From Lama guanicoe (Eukaryota): DNA of 64,000 bases. The DNA lies in assembly GCA_013239625.1 (NCBI GenBank), contig MU054145.1, positions 43,680 through 107,679 of the forward strand. The letters run 5' to 3'. Position numbers and translations under genes: made by a program. Below the pieces are notes generated by a model. It saw nothing but the letters and a program-made list of their open reading frames with translations. It did no database searches and was not told the origin of the DNA. Shown piece after piece: positions 53,401 through 64,000 of the stretch (its first letter is position 1; each line of letters begins with the position of its first letter).

Positions 53401-53862
53401 TTATTCCTCGGTTCTCTGTTCCTCCCCCAGCTCCTCTTTGGTCATCATCTTCTTGTACTGGTTTCCCCGCAGCTTCCCGGGGCTGTATTTGAAGGAGAAG
53501 GCCTCTGCCCCGTCTTCTTCCTCAGGCTCTGCCTGGGGTGGACCTTCCTCGCTGTCCAGCCCCTGCTCCTCTTCCTGTTTGGCCTCGGCGGCCTGCTCCT
53601 CTGCCTCCGCCGGCGACACTGCGGGCTTGTCCGGCCGCGCGGGCTCCTCCGGCCCCTCGGGCGCGGCCGCGGACTCCGCGGCGCAGGGACCGGGTGGCGC
53701 GGGCGCCCCGCTGGCCTCGGCCGGGGGCGCGGGCTCCGGGGGCGCGCGGGCAGGCTCCAGGCTCGCGGTAGCCCCGCGCCGCACCAGCAGCCAGGCGAGC
53801 AGTAGCGCCAACGCGGTGGCCAGCACGGGCAGCGCGGCCAGCAGCTCGGCCGGCGCCTCCAT
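53401..53862 (-). CDS. MXRA7: Intact 153-aa MXRA7-like ORF in the retrocopy (expression unknown)
   Basis: MEAPAELLAALPVLATALALLLAWLLVRRG hydrophobic N-terminus and FSFKYSPGKLRGNQYKKMMTKEEL match MXRA7; strong Kozak context gcgATGG; ends EQRTEE-stop. Confidence 0.85.
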   Translation of the reverse strand: MEAPAELLAALPVLATALALLLAWLLVRRGATASLEPARAPPEPAPPAEASGAPAPPGPCAAESAAAPEGPEEPARPDKPAVSPAEAEEQAAEAKQEEEQGLDSEEGPPQAEPEEEDGAEAFSFKYSPGKLRGNQYKKMMTKEELGEEQRTEE

Positions 53863-53916
53863 CGCGCCGCGGCTGCCGGAGTGCCTGCCCGCGGGGACCC
53901 CGAGGGAGCCCGCCGC
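53560..53916. promoter_or_regulatory. CpG-island-like segment imported with the retrocopy
   Basis: Very GC- and CpG-dense against an otherwise CpG-depleted window; regulatory activity not shown. Confidence 0.6.
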
Positions 53917-56900
53917 CTTGTTCCTGATTTTAGAGGAAAAACCTTCAGCTTTCAACATTGGCTATGATATTAGCTCTGGGCCTGCCATAAATGGCCTTTA
54001 TTATGTTGAGACATATTCCCTCTATACCCGCTTTGATGAGAGGTTTTTTATCATGAATGGATATTGGATTTTGTCAAATGCTTTTTCTGTGTCCACTGAA
54101 GTAATCATATGATTTTTATCCTTCATTTGTTAATGTGGTATATTACATTGATTGGTTTGAGGCTACTGAACCATGCTTTCATCCCTGTAATAGATCCCAC
54201 TTGATCATAGTGTATGATCATTTTTATGTATTTTATTGAATTTGGTTTGCTAATATTTTGTTGAGGATTTTTGCATCACTCATCAGAGATATTGGCCTGT
54301 AATTTTTTTTTTTGGTAATGTCTTAGTCAGGTTTTGGTATTAGGGTAAGGGTGGCTACATAGAATGAGATTGACAGCATTCCCTCTTCTACAATGTTTTA
54401 GAATAGTTTGAGAAGAATAATTATTAACTCTCTTTAAATGTTTGGTAGAATTCCCCTTGATGCTGCCAGACCTGGATTTGTTGTTGTTGTTATTGTTGTT
54501 GTTGTTATTATTTCTGATTCAGTTTCAATAGTAGCATCAGTCTGATCCATTTCTTCTAGGTTGTCCAGTATGTTGTCATATAACTGTTTGTGGTATTCTC
54601 TTACGGTTGTTTTTATTTCTGTGAAGTCAGTTGTAATTTCTCCTTTTTCATTTCTTTATTTTGTTAATTTGAGTTCTCTTTCTTTCTTAATCAGCCTGGC
54701 TGAAGGATTGTAAATTTTGTTTATCTTTAAAAAAAAACAGCTCTTAGTTTCCTTGATCTTTTCTGTTTTTTTGATCTATATTTTATTTCTGCTATGATCT
54801 TTATTTTTTCCTTCATTCTGCTTACTTTGGGCTTTGTTGTTCTTTTTCTAATCAGTTTAGATGGTAGGTTTTTTATTTGAGGTTTTTCTTGTTTTCTTGA
54901 GGTAGGTTGATATCACTATAAACTTGCCTCTTAGAATTGCTTTTACTGCATTTCAGATTTTGGAAAGCTATGTTTTTATTTTATTTTGTCTCAATTTTTA
55001 AAAAATTTTCTTTGATTTCTTCATTGACCCCTTAGATTTTTTAGTCCCATGTTGTTTATTCTCCATGTGCTTGTGTTTTTTTTTTTTTCAATTTTCTTCC
55101 TGTAATTGATTTCTAATTTCATACTATTTTGGTCAGAAAAAATGATTCATAATTTGTATCTTCTAAGCTTTGATGAGACTCATTTTGTTGCCTAGTATGT
55201 GATCCATACTGGAGAGTATTTATTCCATGTGCACTTGAAAAGAATGTGTATTCTGCTGTTTTGGGATGGAATGTCTTGCAGATATCTATTAATTCCACCT
55301 ATGTGTCACTTAAGACAAATGTTTCCTGATTGATTTTTATGTCTAGATGATCTGTCCATTCGTGTAAGTCAGGTGCAAAAGTCTTTAACTCTTATTATAT
55401 TATCTTCAAGTTCTCCTTTTGTGCCTGTTAATATATTGTAGTGAATGTTATATCCTCTTCTTGTTTTGATCCCTTATCATAATAAAATGCCCTTCTTTGT
55501 CTTTTGTTACATACTTATTTAAAGTCTCCTTTGTTTGATACAGGTTTTGCTATTCCAGCTTTCTTTTCATTTGTATTTGCATGAAAAATCTTTTTCCATC
55601 CTCTTACTTTCAGTCTGTGTGCATCTTTAATTCTGAAGTGAGTCTCTAAGCAGCATATAGACGGGTCTTGTTTTTTTTTATCCAGTCAACCACCCTATAT
55701 CTTTGGATTTGAGCATTTAGTCCATTGACATTTAAAGTGATCATTGAGAGGGATGTACTTATTGCCACTTTAAACTTATTTTTTGGTTGTTCTTGTAGTT
55801 ATTCTCTGTCCTTTCTTTCTCTGTTTTGCTTCTTCCCTGTGGCTTGATATGTTATTTAGTGATAGGTCTGTGTTCCTTTCTCTCTAGTTTTTGTGTATCT
55901 GTTGATTTGTGCTTACCAAAGGGTTTATATATGTTGACCTATAGCTATGTCTACTTATTTTAGCCTGGTATTCATTTAAATTCAAACACATTTTAAAAGA
56001 CATTTTAATTCTCCTCCCCCACATTTTGTGTTTTTGATGTCATATTTTACACCTTCATATTTATCCCTTCACTGTTTATTATAGTTATAGTTGATTTTAC
56101 AATTTTTGTCTTTTAATCTTCACAATAGCTTATTTGAGTGGTTGATCCTCAACCTTTACTATATGTTTGCATTTACTAGTGGGATTTTTCCTTTCCCATA
56201 AATATTTACTTCTTATAGCCTCTTCTTTTCCACTCAGAGAAGACCCTTTAACATTTATTTTAGGGTAGGTTTAGTATTAATGAAGTCTTTTAGTTTTTGC
56301 TTGTCTGAGAAGTTCTTTATCTCTCCTTCAATTCTAAATGATAATCTTGCTAGGCAGAGTATTCTCGGTTGTGGGTTTTTCTTTTTCAGCACTTTGAATA
56401 TACCATGCCTCTCCCTTCTGGCCTGCAATGTTTCTGCAGAAAAATCAGCTGATAGCCTTAAGGTTCCCTTGTTTTTGACTCTCTGTTTTTCTCTTGCTGC
56501 CTGTCAAATTCTCTCTTTAACTTCTGTCGTTTTAATTTTGATATGTCTTGTGACTGTGTTTGGGTTCATCCTACTTTGGACTCTCTGTGCTTTCTGTACC
56601 TGGATATCTGTTTCCTTCTTCAGGCTTGGGAAATTTTCAGCTATAATTTCTTTAAATATATTTTCAACTCTTTTCTCTCTTTTCCTTCCAGGACCACTAT
56701 AATGTAAATGTTAGTACACTTGATGTGTGCCAGGAGTCCCTTAAAGTGTTCTCATTTTTTAAAATTTGTTTTTCCCTTTTTTGTTCTGATTGGAAGACTG
56801 AACAATGAAATCATGCATTCTTCTGTATCACCTAGTCTGCTATTGATTCCTTCTAGTGTGTTTTTAAATTTCAGTTATTGTATTCTTTATTTCTGACTAG

Positions 56901-58239
56901 TTATTTTTTATATTTCCTAGTTCCTTGTTAAAATTTTCACTGTGTTCGTCTATTCTTTTCCCTAGTTCATTCAGCATTTTACTACTAATACCTTGCTCTC
57001 TTTATCTGGTAAATTATTTATTTCTGTTTCATTAAATTTTTTTTTCTTATTCTTTTGTTTGAAGTAAATTCCTCTCTCTTCTAAGTTTCTTGTCTCTGTC
57101 TCTATGAAATTAGATAAAAGAGTTACCTGTGTTGGTCTTGAAGGGCTAGACTTGTGTGGCAGGTCCCTATGCAGCCTGTGTGCACAGTGGTTTTGGTGGG
57201 AGAGATAGACCTGAAGTGAGCACACGTCTTCCCCTGGGGTTGCTGGGAGCTATCACCTTGGTGAGAGGTGAGCAGGAGATGGAGGGGCTGGAGCCATCCC
57301 AGATTTAACCTGGGGCTTCTCCTCTACTCAGTGGCTAACATCATCCTGTTGGAGGAGGGGTTGGTTCCCAAGCTGCTAGAACATAAGCCCTGAAGTTTGG
57401 ATCCAGACTGGCTCTGTTTTCCTCTAAATGTGTGCTCTCCCCTGTCTCAGCACATCACCCTCACCTCAGAGGGGAGCAGTGCTGGAGTAGGAGAGGCTGG
57501 TGCGGGCACTCACCATGGGTCAGGGCATGGCCTGTTGTGGTCCCAGCCCTAATCAGAATTTTAGACCACTCTCAAGGCACTGCCTCTGTAAGCACGAGCA
57601 ATGGCTGCCCCTGCTCTGCTCAGATGCTTTTCTGGGTCTGAGCCACCTATGTTCCTCACAACTCTGCATGCCCCTCAGCTTCAGTAGCCCTCACCCTTTT
57701 TTGGAGCTGTGCCAGAGAGCAAGAGGGGCCAGAGCTGGCTCTCAGCTCAGGCTGGAGCACACACCAGGGCAATCGAGGGAAACCAGCCAGGGTCCTGGGC
57801 AGTTTCAGTCTGCTTGCTCCACCTTGTTTTGGGAGTATACAGGTGTGTTCATTCCCTTCATGAGCAGAGTCTATATTTCTTACAGCCCCACTGGTTTTCA
57901 AACCAGCTAAGGAGATTTGTTCTCCTAGTATTGGATCCTGGGGCTAGGGGACCCAGTATGTGGCTCAAACTGCTTACTCCCCAGGGAGAATCTCCAAACC
58001 CATGTAATCCCCTCCTTTTCTGTGTTCCCTCCAAGGGGTGCAAGTCCCAACCTGATTACTTCTCTTCCCTTCCTACTAAACTCCATGTAGATGTTTCTTG
58101 CAGCCTTGGTTGTACAGGAGTCTTTCTCCCAGTCTCCAGCTTGTTTTTAGTGATAATTGTTCCACATGTATTTTTGATGTGTTCTTGGTGAGGGAGGTGA
58201 TTTCCATATTCTCCTACTTCACCATCTTGATTTCTCAAG

Positions 58240-58660
58240 ATTTCAGGTTTTAATCTAAGTGTGATGGTAAGTTCCTGTAAAATTTCAAGTAGAGATCTAA
58301 TATTATCTGAGCCAGCTGTTTAAAGAATAACCTAGCTGGTGTTTGGAGAACCAATTGAAGGGGGAAAAGTGAAAACCAGATGATCAGTCAGGCAACTATT
58401 GCAGAAGTCCAGGGGGGAAATCTTGGTAGCTTAAATATGGTGATAGTGATGGAAAAGATTAAAAGTGATACAGTCTTAGATATGTTTTGAAGGTAGAGCC
58501 ATATGGAATTGAGGATGGACTGGATATGGACTGGAAGAAAAAGAAGTCCAGAGTTTCTGCCCTAAGTAACTGATGAATGGTGGTGTTACATATTGACATA
58601 AGAAAGACTGAGAGAGAAGCATTTTGTAGAGTTTGAGTTAGTTCACTTCTGGACAATGAA
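58240..58660 (-). mobile_element. L2 fragment (further L2 at ~59670-59850)
   Basis: gcaactattgcagaagtccagg, gatatgttttgaaggtagagcc, tgagatgcccgttagacatctaa. Confidence 0.65.
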
Positions 58661-58808
58661 TTGGACCAAAAAAGTGTGCTCCTTCTCAGATTCCCTCAAT
58701 TGCCTCATTTCTCTCTTATTGGCAACCTTGCTGCATCAGGTTGTTGCTCTTACATGTTTAGATGTAAATGAAATTACCCACCATGTGTGTGGGATCTGTC
58801 TTCCTAAA

Positions 58809-58921
58809 TACGGTGACTAGTTATCATGGTTTGTACATGATTGAGGGGCTTCTAAGTTAGCGGGACTATTAGTGCTAAAACCCAGTCAGTTCCAGGAGAA
58901 CTGCAATGGTTGGTTACTCTA
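58809..58921. mobile_element. Short hAT MITE (MER81-like)
   Basis: Degenerate TIRs tacggtgact / ggttactcta; core gggactattagtgctaaaacc; ~113 bp. Confidence 0.55.
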
Positions 58922-61099
58922 TTCTTGAGTAACTACCAAGGGGCCAGATGATGTGACCCAGAAGTTTGGGAAAGTTAGCTCTTTATCAGATGTAGTTTGA
59001 CTAACGGGAGATGACACAGATGGAATTGTAGGCTGGATTTTCTAGATATAAATGCTCACATGGTGTTTCATATGTCATAAAGTTATTGTGGGTTAACACA
59101 GGTGCATAAAAGGATGCAGAAATAAGATCAGATAGAGGGAGATTTCAAACTGTGAGAAATACTCAACAAAGCTTTGGCTAAGCCTGTGGTTGGAGCATGT
59201 AAAGGCCATTAACGTTATCCTAAAGTAGGCCAAAATGGCCTGGCTTTTATATCTCTGTAATCAGTTTTTGATTGTGAGCTGTTCCAGGAATTATGTGCTC
59301 TTGGGTGAGATGGCTCTCTGACGGAGCTGACTGCTGGAGTCTGACTCCTGACAGCACTCCCAGAAGCTGGGCAATGAATCCTTTCTGGAAGGCAGTTATG
59401 AATAAGCACATGTTCAAGCCCAACACAGAAGGGACTTAGCATATAAATTTCCCCATCTTTATACCCTTCGTGGACAGCTCTGAGGTATGATTTCTTTCTG
59501 CAAACCTTGAGATGTCTGTATGTTGAGTGAACATGCCTGTTGAGGAATCTAACGTGCATTTCATTTTCCTTTTCCTCCTTGCCCTTACTGACCTGATTTA
59601 TCCTCCCAAATAATGCCAGGATTTTGATGTTTACCTGAGGCTTTGTTTCAGAGAGGACTTGGACTTAGACATTTGTATTAAATATGAGATGCCCGTTAGA
59701 CATCTAACTGGAGATATCAAGTAGGTAGCCATAAGGTCAGAGCTGCAATTACACATTTCTGAGTCATAGATGGCATTTAAAACCATGGGAGTGGGTGAAA
59801 TGACAGAAAAAGAGTGTATAGATAGAGAAGAGAACAACATCAGGCTGAAAGTTAAATTGTCAATAAATAGAAGCTATTCATAATCCAAGTATTATTTCCT
59901 TAAACATTAGCATTTGCAAACAAAGGATATATTCCCAGGCACCACTACATTATTGCAGTTTAAATACATTAATTTTGTCATTCATACACTACAGCAGAGA
60001 TTTAATATTATCTGGAAAAATGGGATAGGCAGAAACATGAAGTGAGGAAAAGGGAATGTTGTCTCTAAAGGATCCGTCTGTTGCAATGTTCTTGAGTCTG
60101 AGATCAAGGAACATAAAACTAAATTAGGAAAAATATTCCATCAGTACTTTAATTGCAATATTATGCATCCTATACCCAGGAGGCATTTTTTTTTTACTAC
60201 CTGTATACTGCTTCCTTTGTTGGATAATATTGTCTGAGGTCGCAGAAGACCTCAGAGAACACAGAGTCAAATTCGTGGCCTTGAGTTCCAAAAATAGACT
60301 CATAGCACAGGAGAAAAACAATCTTGAAAGCTAAGGCTTTTATTTAATAGGAGCTATCTTCTTGGAATTCAAAGGCTAAACCCTGATGGAAGCTGTTTAT
60401 AATTCTTATACCATACAATAAATATTTTAAAAATATAGGTAATGAGCCACGTGATGCAATCTGGGGAGGGGATTGGAATTGACTGATTTAAAAAGTTAAA
60501 TGAGAAAAAAATACGATCATTATTGATTTTATTTCAAAGTAATTAAGTTCAAATTTTAGAAATCAAACAGAAGTTGGGGCTTGGGAAATACGTTTAGTTT
60601 AGTCACAAGAAAATGATGAAAATTATATTTTTCACAGTCAACACATAAAATTTCATGTTACTTTGTGCCTTCATTGTTTAATTTTCTATTTATAAAAGTC
60701 ACACAAAGTCATTTTATACATAGCAGAATATTTTTGCTTTGGTAAGGCAAAAATATTTGAATTGGATGATATGTGTCACCTCTACTCCAAATTTCCATGT
60801 GCAGTTTGCTTTTGGCACCTGTGAGATGGGGATGATTACCTCCCTCACATGTCTGTAGCTAAATATTTACAAGGGAACAGATGATCCTCCTAGGGGAAAA
60901 TGAATTAGGACTCCAATTCTTTTCCTTTGAAACTGAGAGTCATTAAAATATATAGGCGAAGGGTGTGAGACCAGAGGGAATAAGATGCGACATGAGAGAG
61001 AATTCAAAATAAATGAGAAGGGAATCCGGACTTCTGGTCTAGGCTTAACGCAAAGGGCTTGGAGGCAGCAGACAGGGGTGACTGAGTCTGGGTGCTCTG

Positions 61100-62930
61100 T
61101 GCAGCTCCTATTGGGTCCTCATTTCTCAGCCACACTGGTTGTGATTATACTTTGTATTACTGATGGATTGAAGTTGATAATATTTCACTTAGATTTTTTA
61201 AATTATCCATAGTCATAGTGAAGATTGATCTTTGGTTTTCTTCCTTTCCCTCTTTCCTTCCTTCCTTTCTTTTCTTCTTTCTTCTGTATTTGTCAGGTTT
61301 CAGTATCAGGGTTATGCTACTAAATTCTACATTGCTTTGCATGCTTTGTAACACTTTAAGTAGTATAAAGATAATCTTTTCATTGGCAATGTAATACACC
61401 TTACCCTTTAAACCATCTAAGTCAGGAAATATTTGCTGGTGATCATTCTTTTTTCTCCATAACTATCAAACTTCCAGGTTTCTACATATTTGGGGGCCTT
61501 TTGGTTTATTTCATTAAAACTTGCTAATATGTTAGCATTATGTTTCACATATCACTCCTCTTTTTTGTAGTTGACTTATCCTTTTTCTCAAGTTTTATGA
61601 TTGTGTTTAATCTTTGCTTTTCTTGATTTCATGTTTTCATTATGTTTTTTAAAGAACAACTTTTTTCTGTTTCCTATTTTAATTCTCTTGTTACTTTATT
61701 AACCTCTTCCTTTTACATTCCTGAGGTCTACTTGATGTTCTTCCATTTTCTTAAGCTTTGTGTTCTCTTTAGTTTACACAATCATATTGCATTCCTTAGT
61801 GCTCTGTAGAGTGGTAGTTGTTTTATTTTTTTAAATTAGACGACCCATTTCAAAGTTTATTGTGGAGCAGAGACTGAATTTTCATACAGAAGTGCTTATT
61901 TGGTGTAGTCCCACCTGGGAAACATTGACAGTGTTCTTCAGTTCCATTCCCTAGTAACAACAGTTTATTCTTTTGACTGCTAGAAAATACTACATCTTGT
62001 GATTAATTCCAATTTGTTTTCCCTATATGTTGTCATTTGAGTTGCTCCAGTTTTTTTGGCTATTATTGATATTGTTGCTTTCACATGTCTCATGATATTC
62101 ATTTGCAAAAATATATTTGTATATGCAATTAATTTAATGCAAAATTATTTTCCAAAGAAAATGTTCTCCCTCCAGGAATATATAAGATAACCAACTGATC
62201 CACAATATCTCTAAAACTTAGCATTGTCCTGCTTTTATTTTTATTTTTTTGGCCAATGGTATGAGTATAAGGTATTTTTCATTGCAGTATTACTTTGTAT
62301 TTTCCTGATTACCAGTGAGATTGAAGATCTCTTTCTGTTGGTTATAAATGTTTCCTGTTCTTGAAATACTTTTCTCTTTTTTTTTTTTTTGCTGATTTTT
62401 CTATGAGGGTATTTGTTCTCTTCTGATTTATATGATTTATATGACTTATTTGTATATTTTCAGTTCCTGTCCTTTCTTGGTTATGTGTGTTGTAAATACA
62501 TTTTTCTCCCAGTCTGTGGCTTGTGTTTTCTTTTCTTTCTTTTTTCCTTGTGTGTGTGTGCGGTGTGTGTGTGGCTTGTGTTTTCACTTTCCTAAAAGCA
62601 TTGCTCCCTGACAGAAATTATTAATTTTAATAGATTCAACTTTATCATCTCTTAAAAAGCAATGTTTTGTGTCTTAAGAGTTCTTTCTCTACCCCAAGGT
62701 CAGGAAGATATTCATCTATATTTCCTATTAAACATTATACAGTTTTTTTATATTAAAGATATTTGATCCATTGTCTAAAGTTAATTTTTGAATCATGTGA
62801 AGAACAGATTCAATTTCAGTTTTTCCCTATGAATAACCATTTTTCCACCTGCTTTTATTGCATAGTCCTTTGTTTCCTTATTTATCTACTGTGTTATATT
62901 TGACTTATATCAAAGTTCTACATGTGTGTG
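61100..62930 (-). mobile_element. Very old L1 fragments
   Basis: tcaggtttcagtatcagggttatgct, ttttcctgattaccagtgagattgaa, ctctaccccaaggtcaggaagatattc. Confidence 0.6.
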
Positions 62931-62932
62931 GG

Positions 62933-64000
62933 CTTGGGGAAATAAAATTTTCTGGATTCCTCAGTTCTTCTGTTAAAAAGTCCTAATGTCCTGAGTCACA
63001 AAAATATAAACATAGAAAATATTTGTCTGCATTTCTCCTAGAAACATTTAACTCTTCACATACCATGAGAATGAGATCTGTAGCCATTTTTCTGTTAATT
63101 GTTTTGATCCAAAGGGGTAATAAAACATCTCGTATCTCTTCTAGAGAGAGTCAAATAGTTGCAGTCCTGACTAGGTTGGTAGGTTAAGTCTCAAGGATCC
63201 AGAAAGACTGGAGCACCATCTCCCTTGGTATTTACATGCCAAAGGGATGAAGCCCAGAACTTGGCAACATCTCTGTGTTATAAAAGCCAGAGTTAACTGG
63301 GGTTTATTTAGCCCTTGGAAAGATGCATTTATATTCTAAAAGGTGAGGGTGAGAACCCAGGATACTTTCCATCAAATAGGGGCGGGGGGTTTTCCTCCTT
63401 TTTTGAGAGGGAAGGGAGTGAGAGGGCAGAGGATGGTCGTCTACCTCCTGTATATAAATGGAGAATATTCATTGTTCACCATCCCTTGTCTGTGGTCCAG
63501 GTAACCTGCCATCCTGGTAGAAAGATTCCATAAACTTTCACAATGTCTGTGGATCTAAGTGTGGGTATTGATGCTGCAGTGTTTCTCTGGTTGTTCATCT
63601 GGTTGTATCAATAAGGAACTCTATTTATCTGATCTAAGTGCCTCATGTTTCATCGCACATATAGAGCCTATATATGAAATATAATTATTAAATATTATAT
63701 AGTATGTACTATAAATATATATTATATAAAATGTTAATAATTATCTGATATATTAATATATATTTATATGTATATATATAGTTATTGTGCAAGTTAAATA
63801 ACTTGCACAATATCTTCACAGTTTTTAAAAAAGCAGTAGGTCCCTTTCTCAACTCTCTATTCTAGCCATTGGTAAATTTTTCTGTCCTTAATTACTTTAG
63901 CTTCATAATAATTCCAGGTAGCTAGTACGACAAATCTGTCTTCTTTAGAAGTATCTTGGCTAATCTTGGAAGAGATAACATATCAGATCCTTCACAGTTT
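62933..64000 (-). mobile_element. Probable ERV 3' end: LTR (~62933-63389), polypurine-tract-like run (63390-63404) and internal sequence running off the window
   Basis: Minus strand ends aaaattttatttcccca like ERV1 LTR 3' termini; aaaaaaggaggaaaa on minus precedes the LTR-like block; canonical TG/CA ends not clean. Confidence 0.45.

Larger units (their letters stand above)
52026..53916 (-). pseudogene. MXRA7: Processed (retrotransposed) copy of MXRA7 mRNA: 5' UTR, CDS, ~1.35-kb 3' UTR, poly(A)
   Basis: Intronless; AATAAA on minus at 52076-52071; A-rich tail 52026-52052; TSD cttgttcctgatttta at 52011-52026 and 53917-53932. Confidence 0.93.
49848..58230 (-). mobile_element. Near-full-length decayed L1 (~6.5 kb excluding the nested retrocopy)
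   Basis: 3' end ttttttatattgaagtataattgatttacaatg; ORF2 remnant LPYNPAIPLL...WKQPKCPS (50321-50626); ORF1 region at ~56280-57100; GC-rich 5' UTR at ~57150-58230 ending ccatcttg (caagatgg on minus). Confidence 0.85.

Noticed and set aside
53401..53958. The 185-aa ORF as the native MXRA7 gene
   Set aside because: No introns; poly(A) and TSD present; first 32 codons derive from L1 and 5' UTR with a TTG start
53284..54112. Long plus-strand ORFs (173 and 224 aa) as antisense genes
   Set aside because: Shadow frames of the GC-rich MXRA7 CDS; low complexity, and the longer one runs into L1 sequence
56280..58238. Cluster of 60-160 aa ORFs
   Set aside because: Antisense or chance frames of decayed L1 ORF1 and 5' UTR
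58960..59420. Possible old ERVL LTR and the overlapping 114-aa ORF
   Set aside because: Termini and family not identifiable by eye; the ORF has no recognisable domain

Overview
AT-rich mammalian genomic DNA, intronic or intergenic and dominated by interspersed repeats (L1, L2, MIR, MaLR/ERV LTRs, hAT MITEs). Two short tRNA-derived SINEs of the Vic-1 type suggest a camelid (inference). There are no prokaryotic features, no CRISPR array and no confidently identified host exon. Main features: (1) an apparently full-length, ORF-intact, CpG-rich processed copy of MXRA7 (52026-53916, minus strand) with poly(A) signal, tail and 16-bp TSD, inserted into the RT region of an older L1; (2) a very young complex duplication/triplication at 7092-15929 (ABCD|A|DE|CDE, net +4938 bp), plus a 176-bp piece of the same block copied to 5200; (3) two 5'-inverted (twin-primed) insertions of one young L1 family; (4) a body-less A-rich tail with a perfect 16-bp TSD; (5) weaker leads: a recursive-splice-like motif, two phase-compatible candidate exons, fold-back hairpins and a decayed unidentified reading frame beside an ERV LTR at the right edge. 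Repeat subfamily names are from visual recall of consensus sequences, not a search, and most boundaries of old repeats are approximate. I found no convincing evidence of a wholly new biological system.
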